NCBI GenBank assembly: GCA_003233455.1
Contig: QILQ01000043.1
Coordinates: forward strand, 442-64,441
Length of the DNA: 64,000 nucleotides
Source: Candidatus Zambryskiibacteriota bacterium
GTDB lineage: Bacteria; Patescibacteriota; Minisyncoccia; Phycocordibacterales; WO2-35-19
Direction of reading: 5' to 3'
Shown here piece by piece: positions 1-10,002 of the stretch. Position 1 is the first letter of the stretch. Each line of letters starts with the position of its first letter. The notes below the pieces were generated by a model, which was not told the origin of the DNA, searched no databases, and saw nothing but the letters and a program-made list of their open reading frames with translations. The translations under genes were made by a program, and so were the position numbers.

Positions 1-1
1 G

Positions 2-769
2 ATCAAATATAAAACAGAAGAAGAAATAGATATTATGCGAGAGGGGGGTAAAATCCACGCACAGATTTTGAGGGAAGTGGCTAAAAAAATTAAAGCGGGG
101 ATAAAAACAGACGCTCTTAATGATTATGCGGAGAAGCTTATAGATGAGGCTGGATGTGTAGCTTCTTTTTTAGGTTATCAACCTTATGACGCTAAAAAAC
201 CTTATCCGGCATCTCTTTGTGTTTCTATCAACGAAGAAATAGTGCATGGTATTCCGAATGATGGTGGGGGTAAAATTTTATTTGAAGGAGATATTGTGTC
301 TTTAGATCTGGGTCTTACTTATAAAGGTCTTATAACAGATGCAGCTATTACGGTTCCTGTTGGTAAAATAAATAAAGAAACTGAAGACTTGGTGCGAGCG
401 ACTAAAGAGGCGTTGGATAGGGGTATTGTTGCTATGCGACTTGGCGGACATGTTGGAGATATAGGCGATGCTATTATGCAGACAGCGATGAAATATGATT
501 TCGGTATTATTGAAGGATTATCAGGTCATGGGGTGGGATACGATGTGCATGAAGAACCATTTGTGCCAAACAGAGCCAATAGGGGCGAAGGCCCGGAATT
601 AAAAGAAGGATTGGTAATAGCTATTGAACCGATGTTTTCTCTTGGTAGCAGAGATATAAAAAAATTAAGTGATGGTTATACTTTTGTTACTCGCGATAAA
701 TCTCTCTCGGCTCATTTTGAGCATACGGTAGCGATGACCAAAAATGGTGTTGAAATTTTGACAAAATAA
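2..769 (+). CDS. map: Methionine aminopeptidase type I (start codon at or just before the window edge)
   Basis: Frame is open from nt 2 (IKYKTEEEIDIMREGG); motifs SINEEIVHGIP, GDIVSLD, GHGVG, IAIEPM, SAHFEHT. Confidence 0.95.
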   Translation: MKYKTEEEIDIMREGGKIHAQILREVAKKIKAGIKTDALNDYAEKLIDEAGCVASFLGYQPYDAKKPYPASLCVSINEEIVHGIPNDGGGKILFEGDIVSLDLGLTYKGLITDAAITVPVGKINKETEDLVRATKEALDRGIVAMRLGGHVGDIGDAIMQTAMKYDFGIIEGLSGHGVGYDVHEEPFVPNRANRGEGPELKEGLVIAIEPMFSLGSRDIKKLSDGYTFVTRDKSLSAHFEHTVAMTKNGVEILTK

Positions 770-815
770 TATATTTTATTGCTTTTTAACGGGATTTTGA
801 TAATATATATGATAT

Positions 816-1019
816 ATGAAAGGTGTAGTTATGAATTTAAAAAAGAATAAGGATAGAAAAAATGAAAATATTTTGAATGATATTTTTAAGGAGATTCGTT
901 TATTGAGGAAAGAGGTATCTTTGTTTATACCAACAGAAGATATTGAAAGTTATTCTAATTCTAAAAGAATCAAAAATTCTTATAAAAAAGCTTTAAAACA
1001 ATATCCTATTTCTGTTTAA
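816..1019 (+). CDS. Putative antitoxin (small protein coupled to a RelE-like toxin)
   Basis: 67 aa; stop overlaps the toxin ATG (TAATG); AT-rich promoter-like sequence upstream. Confidence 0.6.
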   Translation: MKGVVMNLKKNKDRKNENILNDIFKEIRLLRKEVSLFIPTEDIESYSNSKRIKNSYKKALKQYPISV

Positions 1020-1273
1020 TGATTATAAAAACTTCTGATTTTAATAAAGCTTATAAAAATTTGCAAGCAAGCATTCGGAAATTATATCTTGTTCAGGAAA
1101 AAAGACTTGAAATTAATCTTAGAGATTCAAGATTGCACATAAAAAAATTAAAGAATTTTGATGGAGTGTTTTCATTTAGAATTACTAGAAGATACAGAGT
1201 TTTATTTTATTTTCAAAATTTAAACACTGTAATATTTTTTGATATAGATCATCGTAAAGATATTTATAAATAA
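1019..1273 (+). CDS. RelE/ParE-family toxin
   Basis: LHIKKLK..VFSFRITRRYRVLF..DIDHRKDIYK is a typical RelE-fold signature. Confidence 0.8.
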   Translation: MIIKTSDFNKAYKNLQASIRKLYLVQEKRLEINLRDSRLHIKKLKNFDGVFSFRITRRYRVLFYFQNLNTVIFFDIDHRKDIYK

Positions 1274-1286
1274 TTTAAAATATAGA

Positions 1287-1892
1287 ATGAGTCATCCAAA
1301 AAAAGAAAGAACTTTAGTAGTGATAAAACCTGATGGAGTGCAGAGAACTCTTATTGGTGAAATAATAGGCAGATTTGAAAAAATAGGTTTAAAACTTGTG
1401 GGAATAAAAATGGTTGTTCTCACTGAAGATTTTATTGAAAAACATTATACTCTTAATCCTGAGTGGAGAAGAATTACCGGAGAAAAACGCGTAAAGGCAG
1501 CGAGAGAAAAAGGAGAAAAACTTCCAACAGAAGATCCGTTTGAAATAACAGCAGTTATTCTTGAAAAATTAAAAAAATATATGACCAGTGGACCGGTTTT
1601 GGCAATGGTTTGGCAGGGAGCTCATTCGGTGGAACTTGTTAGAAAAATTACTGGCGGGACTGAACCAAGAAGTTCTGATGTGGGCACTATTCGCGGGGAT
1701 TATGTTATTGATTCTTATAAAATGGCCGATGACGATGGTAGGGCAGTTAGAAATCTAATTCACGCTTCCGGCACGGTTGATGAAGCGGAAAAAGAAATAA
1801 AACATTGGTTTAAGGAAAATGAGCTTATAAATTATCGTTTAATTGCTGAACAAATTTTGTATGATGTAAATTTGGACGGGTTGTTGGAATAG
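1287..1892 (+). CDS. ndk: Nucleoside diphosphate kinase
   Basis: ERTLVVIKPDGVQR, GTIRGDY, RNLIHAS. Confidence 0.95.
   Translation: MSHPKKERTLVVIKPDGVQRTLIGEIIGRFEKIGLKLVGIKMVVLTEDFIEKHYTLNPEWRRITGEKRVKAAREKGEKLPTEDPFEITAVILEKLKKYMTSGPVLAMVWQGAHSVELVRKITGGTEPRSSDVGTIRGDYVIDSYKMADDDGRAVRNLIHASGTVDEAEKEIKHWFKENELINYRLIAEQILYDVNLDGLLE
1849..1892 (+). repeat. Direct repeat A, copy 1 (3' end of ndk)
   Basis: aacaaattttgtatgatgtaaatttggacgggttgttggaatag; 43/44 identical to 2792-2835. Confidence 0.95.
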
Positions 1893-1907
1893 TGATATAA
1901 TACAAGT

Positions 1908-2132
1908 ATGATATTTAGACAATCTTTGTTTTGGGATACGGATATTAAAAAAATAGATACTCAAAAGAATGCTCAATATATAATTGAGAGAATTTTTGAG
2001 TTTGGTCGAGATGATGAAGTTAGATGGCTTTGGAGTTTTTATAGTAAATCACTTTTAAAAGAGGTTGTTATTAAATCGAGATCTTTACGGTCTAGAACGA
2101 AAACATTATGGAATTTAATACTCCAAAATTAA
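1908..2132 (+). CDS. DUF6922-like antitoxin partner
   Basis: SLFWDTD..YIIERIFEFG..WL motif, upstream of an AbiEii-like nucleotidyltransferase. Confidence 0.75.
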   Translation: MIFRQSLFWDTDIKKIDTQKNAQYIIERIFEFGRDDEVRWLWSFYSKSLLKEVVIKSRSLRSRTKTLWNLILQN

Positions 2133-2788
2133 ATGATGTAAATTTTTCTTGTTTATCTCATTCCACCAAAAAAGCTCTGGATTATTTATCAACTCAAAAT
2201 TGGTTGGATAATTCAAATTGGTATCTTGCCGGAGGTACTGCCCTAGCTTTACAGGTAGGAAATCGTAAATCTGTTGACTTGGATTTTTTTACTACCGACC
2301 AAAATTTTACATCAGAAAAAATATTAATAAATTTTTTAAATAATAAGAATTGGAAGACTGATTTTGACGAGCCAAATACTATTTATGGCGAGTTGTTTGA
2401 GTCTAAGATTAGTTTTATAGCATATCCATTCTTTATACCAAAACAAGAATTCATCAGATATGGTTTTGTAAAGATACTGAATAAAACAGATGTTGCTGTA
2501 ATGAAGGTGATAGCTATTTCTCAAAGAGGAAAAAAAAGAGATTTTTTTGATTTATATTGGTGCGTCAAAAATATTGAGTCACTAGAAAATATAATAAAGC
2601 GACTTCCTATACAATATCCATCAGTTGCTCATGATTATCATCATTTATTTAAAGCTTTGGTTTATTTTGATGATGCTGAGAATGATCCAGATCCAGTTAT
2701 CTTTTTTGATACCAACTGGAATAAGGTGAAAAGTTTTTTTCAGAAAGAAATTCCAATACTTACAAAAAAATTGATAAAATTAAACTAA
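2108..2788 (+). CDS. AbiEii/AbiGii-family nucleotidyltransferase toxin
   Basis: YLAGGTALALQ..R.SVDLDFF, MKVIAISQRG.KRDFFDLY. Confidence 0.85.
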   Translation: MEFNTPKLNDVNFSCLSHSTKKALDYLSTQNWLDNSNWYLAGGTALALQVGNRKSVDLDFFTTDQNFTSEKILINFLNNKNWKTDFDEPNTIYGELFESKISFIAYPFFIPKQEFIRYGFVKILNKTDVAVMKVIAISQRGKKRDFFDLYWCVKNIESLENIIKRLPIQYPSVAHDYHHLFKALVYFDDAENDPDPVIFFDTNWNKVKSFFQKEIPILTKKLIKLN

Positions 2789-2791
2789 TAA

Positions 2792-2835
2792 AACAAATTT
2801 TATATGATGTAAATTTGGACGGGTTGTTGGAATAG
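2792..2835 (+). repeat. Direct repeat A, copy 2 (duplicated ndk 3' end)
   Basis: Matches 1849-1892 with one mismatch. Confidence 0.95.
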
Positions 2836-2849
2836 GAGTATAATAGTAG

Positions 2850-2996
2850 TGGGATTGTTTGGATATTTTCTAAGTTGCACATATTCAGGGAGGTCAATAT
2901 CTCTATAATATGATGAGCGCTCAGGTGTTCTGATTTTTATAGTTGAGACCACCCACCTAATATTTTTCAATTAGGGAATTATTTCAAGCAATCCCA
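2850..2996 (+). ncRNA. ssrS: Probable 6S RNA
   Basis: Ends pair (tgggattgttt / aagcaatccca); internal CAGGGAG, GAGCG and ACCCACCT segments resemble 6S RNA conserved elements; TATAAT 6 nt upstream; strong hairpin downstream. Confidence 0.65.
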
Positions 2997-3028
2997 ACAA
3001 AACTCATCAATAGGTGAGTTTTGTTGGG
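2993..3028 (+). terminator. Hairpin downstream of the 6S RNA candidate
   Basis: cccaacaaaactca / tgagttttgttggg, 14-bp perfect stem. Confidence 0.6.
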
Positions 3029-3101
3029 GTATGTGGCTTTAGTAAAGAGGGAGTGTTAAAATAATTTTATAAGAAACTATAAAATTATCACAAATAAATA
3101 T

Positions 3102-3503
3102 ATGTTTAAAAAACCGCTCTTTTTAGAGATGTTTATTTTGTTGACCATAGTGGGAATACTTAATTATATTGCTACCATTTATCATCTTTATTGGTCTATT
3201 TATGAATTTGATAGTGTGGTTCATTTTTTTGGTGGCGCCACTTTATCAGCATTTTTCTTGTGGATTTATTTTTTTTCCGGTTTTTTTAATCCCCAAAATA
3301 GAAGTCTTAAACAATTTTTAATAATATCTATTATCGGAGCAATATTTATAGGTGTTTCTTGGGAAATTTTTGAGCTTTTTCTCGGGGAAGCGGTATTGCA
3401 AAAAGCTGACTATCCGTATGACACTATGATGGATTTAATAATGGATTTTTTAGGTGCTTTGGCTATATGTTTTTACGCTTTTATTAGAGAAATTAAAAAT
3501 TAA
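3102..3503 (+). CDS. Small integral membrane protein (VanZ/DUF2238-like)
   Basis: About 4 hydrophobic helices; FDSVVHFFGG, WEIFE, DTMMDLIMD motifs. Confidence 0.65.
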   Translation: MFKKPLFLEMFILLTIVGILNYIATIYHLYWSIYEFDSVVHFFGGATLSAFFLWIYFFSGFFNPQNRSLKQFLIISIIGAIFIGVSWEIFELFLGEAVLQKADYPYDTMMDLIMDFLGALAICFYAFIREIKN

Positions 3504-3519
3504 AAATTAAAAATTAAAA

Positions 3520-4980
3520 ATGAAAAATATAAAAATCATATTTTACGGCGGAGTTGGCAGTACTACTGGAGCGAATATAATGCTTGAATTTAATCAAAGG
3601 AAAATTTTGGTTGATTGCGGTATTTTGCAAGGTATGAAAGAAGATAAAAATTTTGAAGATTTTAAATATAATCCGGCAAGTATCGCTTTTCTTTTAATCA
3701 CTCATGCTCATATGGATCATATAGGTAAAATACCAAAATTAGTGAGAGAGGGTTTTAAAGGTAAAATAATTTCTACTGAAGAAACTATGGAATTGGCTCG
3801 CCCATTATTGGCAGACGCTTTAAAAGTATTAAAAATAAAACATCCAAATAAAATTCTTTTTGAAGAAGCCGATATAGAAAAAACTTTCTCTCTCTGGCAA
3901 GGTCAAAAATATGGTGAAAAAATTGAGCTTTTTGAAGATTGTTTTTTAGAAATGCAAAATGCCGGACATATTTTAGGTTCAGCTATTTTAAATGTTTCTT
4001 GCAAGGAGAATAATAAAATTATAAAAATAGCTTTTACCGGAGATTTGGGAAACTCGCCATCACCGCTTTTGCCGGACACGGAATTTCCTCAAAAAGTAGA
4101 TTATCTAGTAATGGAAAGCGTTTATGGAGATAGAAATCACGAAAATAAAAAAGAAAGAAGAGAAAAATTAAAACAAGCTATTTTGGAAGGTATAAAAAAA
4201 GATGGCACTATAATAATACCGGCTTTTTCTGTGGAGAGAACTCAAGTTTTGCTTTATGAGATAAATAATATGATTGAGGACAAAGAAATTCCAGAAGTGC
4301 CGGTATTTTTAGATTCTCCTTTAGCTATAAAAGTAACAGATATTTATAAAAAACACACTAAAGATTTTAAGGAATTAGTTAAAGAAGAAATAAAAGGAGG
4401 AGATGATATTTTTGATTTTCCAAATTTTCATATTGTCAGAACTGCAGAAGAATCAAAAGAGATAGAAAAAATAAAAGGAGCAAAAATAATTTTAGCTGGC
4501 TCAGGGATGTCAGAAGGAGGCAGGGTGGTTAACCATGAAGCTCATTATTTACCGGATCCTAAAGCGACTATTATAATGGTTGGTTATCAAGCGGTTGGTT
4601 CTTTGGGTAGGGTTATCCAAGATGGTAAAAAAGAAGTTGAAATAACTTCCCCAATCCCTTCTTACATTAAGAGGGAGCAGAAAAACATGCATATTGGTAG
4701 GCAGAAAATAAAAGTTAGAGCTACTATAAAAAATATTACCGGTTACTCATCTCATAAAGATTCGGACCATCTTTTAGAATTTGTTGAGAGGATAAATACT
4801 CCACTTTTCACTTCGCGTAGCCCTCTCCTAGATGCAGGAGAGGGAAAGAAAAAACTAAAACAAGTTTTTGTTATTATGGGAGAAGCGAAATCTTCCCTTT
4901 TTCTCACTCAACGCATTCGCGATTATCTTGATATTAATGCAGTATATCCAGAAGAGGAAAAAGAGTATAAATTAGATTAA
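3520..4980 (+). CDS. MBL-fold beta-CASP ribonuclease
   Basis: THAHMDHIG, AGHILGSA, MESVYGDR, GYSSHKD. Confidence 0.9.
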   Translation: MKNIKIIFYGGVGSTTGANIMLEFNQRKILVDCGILQGMKEDKNFEDFKYNPASIAFLLITHAHMDHIGKIPKLVREGFKGKIISTEETMELARPLLADALKVLKIKHPNKILFEEADIEKTFSLWQGQKYGEKIELFEDCFLEMQNAGHILGSAILNVSCKENNKIIKIAFTGDLGNSPSPLLPDTEFPQKVDYLVMESVYGDRNHENKKERREKLKQAILEGIKKDGTIIIPAFSVERTQVLLYEINNMIEDKEIPEVPVFLDSPLAIKVTDIYKKHTKDFKELVKEEIKGGDDIFDFPNFHIVRTAEESKEIEKIKGAKIILAGSGMSEGGRVVNHEAHYLPDPKATIIMVGYQAVGSLGRVIQDGKKEVEITSPIPSYIKREQKNMHIGRQKIKVRATIKNITGYSSHKDSDHLLEFVERINTPLFTSRSPLLDAGEGKKKLKQVFVIMGEAKSSLFLTQRIRDYLDINAVYPEEEKEYKLD

Positions 4981-5000
4981 AATGTGTTATTATAATGCTT

Positions 5001-5024
5001 ATGAAAAGAGAATTTACAGCTATA
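5001..5024 (+). pseudogene. Possible HicB antitoxin N-terminal remnant
   Basis: TATAAT followed closely by ATG and MKREFTAI, resembling HicB N-termini; the sequence then runs into the rny 3' end. Confidence 0.35.
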
Positions 5025-5036
5025 TTATTATTTAAT

Positions 5037-6562
5037 TTATCTGGCAAACTCAACGATACGGGATTCTCTGATTAACACCACTTTAATTTCACCAGGATAT
5101 TTTAGTTCATAATACGAACGACTATATTGCGAGCCATTTCTTTAGCTTCCAAATCATTTACTTCTCTGGGGGTAACAAAAATTCTAATTTCTCTGCCAGC
5201 TTGCAAAGCATAAGCTTTTTCAACTCCATTAAACGAAGTAGCGACCGCTTCAAGCTCGGCAAGTCTTTTTAAATAATTTTCAACACTGTCTCTTCTGGCT
5301 CCCGGTCTGGCACCGGAAATAGCGTCAGCTGATTGAACAATATATGACTCTAAAGTGGAATAAGGATATTCGCCATGGTGGGATTCCATAGCTCTGATTA
5401 TTTTTTCATCCGCTCCGAATTTTTGCAAAATACGTCGCCCTATTTCCACATGGGTCCCTGTGATTTCATGGTCTACCGCTTTGCCTATGTCGTGAAGCAA
5501 AGCTCCGGCTTTAGCCACAGCCACATCGGCGCCTATTTCTTCGGCTAACATACCGGCAATATGAGACATTTCTATTGAATGTTGCAACACATTTTGACCG
5601 TAAGAAGTTCTGAAGTGCAATCTGCCGAGTATACTCACAATCCTCGGGTCAAGATTAAAAACTCCGCATTCATATGTGGCCGCTTCGCCTTTTTCTTTAA
5701 TTATTTTATTTATATCTTGTTTGGCTTTTTCCACCATTTCTTCTATTTTTGCTGGTTGAATTCTGCCATCTTGAATTAAGTTTTCAAGAGCCACTCTTGC
5801 CACTTGTCGGCGGACGGAATCGTAGGAGGAAATAGTGATAAGTCCAGGGGTATCATCTACAATAACTTCCACTCCGGAAACTCTTTCAAAGGCTTTTATA
5901 TTTCTACCTTCTTTGCCTATAATTTTACCTTTTATTTCATCGGAAGGAATGGTGACAGTGGTGGAAAATATTTCAGAAGAGACTGAATTAGCCAGTCTTT
6001 GAATTGAAGAAGTTAATATTTCTTTTGCTCTCGCTTCAATTTTTTCACCGCCAGCATTTTCTAATTTTTGCATTCTAATTAAAATATCTTCCTTATGTTT
6101 TTCTTCTATTTCTTTAAGCAAAACACTTTTAGCCTCTTCTTCTGTTAAATTAGAGACTTTCTGCAATTCTTCAAATTTTTGTTTTTCTAGCGTTTCTGAT
6201 TTCTCTTTGATGGTTTTTACTTCAGAAACTTTTTTCTTGACTTGTTCAATTTCTTTATCTATATCAACCTGCCGTTTATCTAAAAATTCCTCTTTTTTTA
6301 TAAGGTGATCTTCGGTTTTTTTAATTTTTTCTTCTTTTTCTTTAAATTCCAATCTCGTTTCTTTCAAAGTTTCCTCTGCTTTTTTTTGAGCTTCTTCTGT
6401 GATTTTTTTAGCTTCTTCTCTGGCATGAAGCTCCATTTGTTTAATGCGAAGTTCCACCGAACCGCGTTGACCTAAAGCTATAATCCATCTTAAAAAATAA
6501 CCGAAAGCTACACCAACAAGAGAGGTCAGACCCGCCAGGAGCATTACTAATTTTAATGACAT
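5037..6562 (-). CDS. rny: Ribonuclease Y, frameshifted near the C-terminus
   Basis: N-terminal TM, coiled coil, KH (KGKIIGKEGRNI), HD (LLHDIGK); conserved tail ELKYPGEIKVVLIRESRIVEFAR* lies in another frame ending at 5037. Confidence 0.95.
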
Positions 6563-6752
6563 ATATTTTGCTGTAATTTCGCTCTATTTTAGACGAGTTG
6601 TAACTTTTTTCTCTTTATTTTTGGCTTTTTTAGGGAAATTAAGTTCATTTTAGTTAAAAATTCGGTATTTTTTACGAAATTACTTGATTTAATACTAATG
6701 TAAGTAATATACACCAATATATGTTTTTAAGCAAATTATTTTTTAGTAAAAG

Positions 6753-7358
6753 TTAGAGGATTTTGTCAACAATCCCGTATTTTTTAGCTTCGATAGAAGA
6801 CATAAAAAAATCACGGTCTACATCATTTTCTATTTTTTTGATTGGTTGTCCAGTATTTTCAGCCAACATTTTATTAAGATTTTCTTTAGTTTTTAAAATA
6901 TGTTTGGCAGTGATGGCAATATCCGTTGCTTGTCCTTCGGCACCACCTACAGGTTGGTGAATCATCACTTCCGCATTTTGAAGAATAAATCTTTTACCTT
7001 TAGCACCGGAAGACAAAACCATTGCAGCACCAGAAGCAGCAATACCAACACAATATGTAGAAACATCCGGTTTAATGAATTTCATGGTATCCACAATAGC
7101 GAGAGTGGAAGTGACTGAGCCACCAGGGGAATTTATGTAAAGAGAAATTTCTTTTTTAGAGTCTTCATTCTGTAAAAATAAAAGTTGGGCGATAATAAGA
7201 TTTGCCATATCATCCTCAATCTGGCCACTTAAAAATATAATCCTATCTTTTAAAAGTCTGGAATAGATATCATAAGCTCTCTCACCATTGTGAGATTTTT
7301 CAATAACAGTTGGAATTAATATTGAATTTTTAGTTGTATTTTTGTTTATATTTTTCAT
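6753..7358 (-). CDS. clpP: ATP-dependent Clp protease proteolytic subunit
   Basis: [34 protein letters not shown]. Confidence 0.95.
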   Translation of the reverse strand: MKNINKNTTKNSILIPTVIEKSHNGERAYDIYSRLLKDRIIFLSGQIEDDMANLIIAQLLFLQNEDSKKEISLYINSPGGSVTSTLAIVDTMKFIKPDVSTYCVGIAASGAAMVLSSGAKGKRFILQNAEVMIHQPVGGAEGQATDIAITAKHILKTKENLNKMLAENTGQPIKKIENDVDRDFFMSSIEAKKYGIVDKIL

Positions 7359-7394
7359 AATGAATAGTATAACAGGTTTTTTGGATTAAATCCA

Positions 7395-7477
7395 TCTCAC
7401 CCCATCTAGATTTTAGTATAATTATAAATGTTCTCCGGTCCCTCTCCTTAGTAAGGAGAGGGGAAGGGGTGAGGTTA
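7395..7477. repeat. BoxC-like palindromic repeat
   Basis: ccctctccttagtaaggagaggggaaggggtgaggtt plus an upstream ctcacccc arm. Confidence 0.85.
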
Positions 7478-8551
7478 TTAACTCTCCAAGAGTTTCAAAA
7501 CTGCAGAATTAAGAAGAATAGTAGCTACATAAATACGAGCGTTTACTTCAGAAGCTTCTGGATAATGCTTCATAACTTCTTTAACTTCATTTTCTAGGAT
7601 ATATTTATCTGGAGATAATTTTTCAACTTCGGCAATTTTATTAAAAATAAGTTGAATTTTTGCTTTTTTCTCTGAGCTTTCTTTAAAATCTTTTTTTAAT
7701 TCTTCCTCGGTTTTTTTAGCTTGAGCTAGATAATCATCGTATTTATGACCCGCTTTTTTTATATCATCTTTCATTTGAGCTAACGATTTTTCAGTCTCGC
7801 TCATAACTAAAATATCCGGCAAATCTATTTTTGTATTTTTAAGAAGCTCTCCCATTATACCGGCTCTTTTTTTCTCTATGTTTTTGGCTTTTTTTTCTTC
7901 TATTATGTTTTGTTTAATTTTTTCTTTAAGGTCATTTAAATTTTTAAAATTGCCGGCGGCTTTTGCCAATTCATCATCAAGTTTTGGTAAATTCTCTTCT
8001 TTTTCCAAATCCAATTCAGGGTGGTTGTGAGTATTTTGATTTTTGTTTTTTTGATGCCAATCAAAATGAGCTTTATTTTTCCTTATTTGTAGAAGCACTT
8101 CAGCTACTTCTTTATCGGTAACTTCTAAATCTTCAGCACTTATTTTTACTGAGGATATAGCTTTAGTGGCTATTTTTTTATAATCGGGTAATTCAAATAA
8201 AGGTGCAATAGCAAAAATCGCTTTAAATTCAACCGGATTTCCCAAAGCTAATTTAGTAATGGAGATTTGAGGCTGACCTATTATATCTAATTTTTCCTGT
8301 TCTACAATTTTAGAAAAATGCTCTTTTAAAAGTATATCAGTTGCTTCTTCAAGAATTTTACTTTCGCCAATTTTTTCCACTACGATATTTTCCGGTATAT
8401 GACCTTTTCTAAATCCAGAAACTTCTAAAGAGGAGGCAAACATCTCTACCGCTTTTTTACGGGCGGTCAACAAAAAATCGGCAGGCAGAAATACTTCCAA
8501 TTCCATTTCCGATTTTGGCAATTTTTTTATTTTGATTTGATATTCCACCAA
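7478..8551 (-). CDS. tig: Trigger factor (PPIase domain reduced)
   Basis: GFRKGHIP signature; located upstream of clpP. Confidence 0.9.
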   Translation of the reverse strand: MVEYQIKIKKLPKSEMELEVFLPADFLLTARKKAVEMFASSLEVSGFRKGHIPENIVVEKIGESKILEEATDILLKEHFSKIVEQEKLDIIGQPQISITKLALGNPVEFKAIFAIAPLFELPDYKKIATKAISSVKISAEDLEVTDKEVAEVLLQIRKNKAHFDWHQKNKNQNTHNHPELDLEKEENLPKLDDELAKAAGNFKNLNDLKEKIKQNIIEEKKAKNIEKKRAGIMGELLKNTKIDLPDILVMSETEKSLAQMKDDIKKAGHKYDDYLAQAKKTEEELKKDFKESSEKKAKIQLIFNKIAEVEKLSPDKYILENEVKEVMKHYPEASEVNARIYVATILLNSAVLKLLES

Positions 8552-8583
8552 GCTAGTTTAGCTTAAAACTCTTTTTGAAGCAA

Positions 8584-8740
8584 ACCTCACCCCTAATTTT
8601 TATCTTCTATAATAACTTCACCTAGCCCCTCTCCTACTTACCACCATCTCTATTATTTACCACCTCACCTCTCTCCTACCTACTATTTTACCACCTCACC
8701 CCTAGCCCCTCTCCTTAGTAAGGAGAGGGGAAGCGAGAAA
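8584..8740. repeat. Cluster of partial and complete BoxC-like repeats
   Basis: Four successive cctcacc/cccctctcct arms ending in cccctctccttagtaaggagagggg. Confidence 0.85.
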
Positions 8741-8765
8741 CTCAAACTTTGTAATAAATTTATAT

Positions 8766-9074
8766 TTATTGCAACTCTGCCTTTATGGCGGCAGCTCCTT
8801 GGTCAAGATTGTCCAAGTTGGTAGCGTTTAAATCTTTTTCTATTGAATTCAAATTATCAGAACTGCTTTGCTGGTTTAAAGATTTGGTAACGGTATCAGT
8901 TTGTTCTGTTGGCGCGACATACGATTTTTGAGATGATCTCGCCCTCAAGAAATACAACCCGCCGATTATAATAAGAGCTAATATAATAATAACCGCAATT
9001 AACGGTCCAACCGATTTTTTTTCCACTTGCTCCGATATTGGAGGCATTTGATTTGGATTATTAAAAGTATCCAT
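8766..9074 (-). CDS. Single-pass membrane protein, hypothetical
   Basis: One TM segment (LIAVIIILALIIIGGLYFL) and a polar C-terminus. Confidence 0.75.
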   Translation of the reverse strand: MDTFNNPNQMPPISEQVEKKSVGPLIAVIIILALIIIGGLYFLRARSSQKSYVAPTEQTDTVTKSLNQQSSSDNLNSIEKDLNATNLDNLDQGAAAIKAELQ

Positions 9075-9099
9075 TTTAATTTAAGTTAGTTTATAAATT

Positions 9100-9882
9100 T
9101 TATTTTTGATTAGAAGAATTTCTTAATTTACTGTAACTCAATTTTAAACTTTTCACAACATCAACTAAAGCCGAGCGGACTGCTTTCAGGTCATTTTTAG
9201 CTTGTTTTATTTGCTTTCTGGTTGTCTCAAAATTTCCTCTTATAAGACTGGCGGTGGTTGAAGCTGTGCTTGAAGCTGTATTTTCCGAAAAGGTAATAAG
9301 GGAAATACTTGTTCTAGCCACTTTAATCTTATTTTTAGCGACCACTATAAGGCTTTTAGCTTCTGATACATCAATACCTTTATTTTCCATTTTGGTAATT
9401 CTTGATTCTATTCTTTCGGTTAAAATATCCAAACGATTGGTTGCGGCGTTAAATCTTTCAGTTATTCTTTGAATAAATTGATTAACGCGTTTTGTCATTC
9501 TACCGGCGATTTCCCGTCTTCTTTTTTGAACCGAGTCTTTTATTCTCTCTTTTTTCTGTTCCAATTCTCGCTTTAAGGTTTCTTTTTCGTTTTCTATTTT
9601 GTCTTTTATAGTTTCTTTTTTATCTTTTACTCTTTCTCTAACCCCTTCTCTTCTATCTTTTACTCTTTCTCTAACTTTTTCTCTCCTATTTTCCAATCTA
9701 TCTTTTACGGTTTCTCTCTTGTTATTCTCCACTTCATTTCCGATAGTTTCTTTTTCTACTTTTACGCTATTATTGTCGGAAACTTCTAGATTGGAGTCTG
9801 TATTGGTTTCCGAATGAGCATAAGTTAAACTTGGCAAAACTATCAAAGAAATTACAATTAAAATCAATAATTTATTTTTCAT
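9100..9882 (-). CDS. Secreted coiled-coil protein with 11-aa repeats
   Basis: Signal peptide ending LTYA-H; REKVRERVKDR-type 11-mers. Confidence 0.75.
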   Translation of the reverse strand: MKNKLLILIVISLIVLPSLTYAHSETNTDSNLEVSDNNSVKVEKETIGNEVENNKRETVKDRLENRREKVRERVKDRREGVRERVKDKKETIKDKIENEKETLKRELEQKKERIKDSVQKRRREIAGRMTKRVNQFIQRITERFNAATNRLDILTERIESRITKMENKGIDVSEAKSLIVVAKNKIKVARTSISLITFSENTASSTASTTASLIRGNFETTRKQIKQAKNDLKAVRSALVDVVKSLKLSYSKLRNSSNQK

Positions 9883-10002
9883 AATACTAAAATTTATTTA
9901 TAAATAATTTCTACCTAAACATTTTCTATTGTATCACAAAAATAAAATCAAGAGGAACTTCTATTTGAATAACAATTCCCAAAAGAACTCGCTTGGAAAT
10001 TG

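Noticed and set aside
2910-2933. Box C/D motif (ATGATGA…CTGA)
   Set aside because: Bacterial context, and it lies within the 6S-like RNA; probably chance
8584-8740. Possible CRISPR array
   Set aside because: Units differ in length and sequence, belong to the dispersed BoxC-like family, and no cas genes are present
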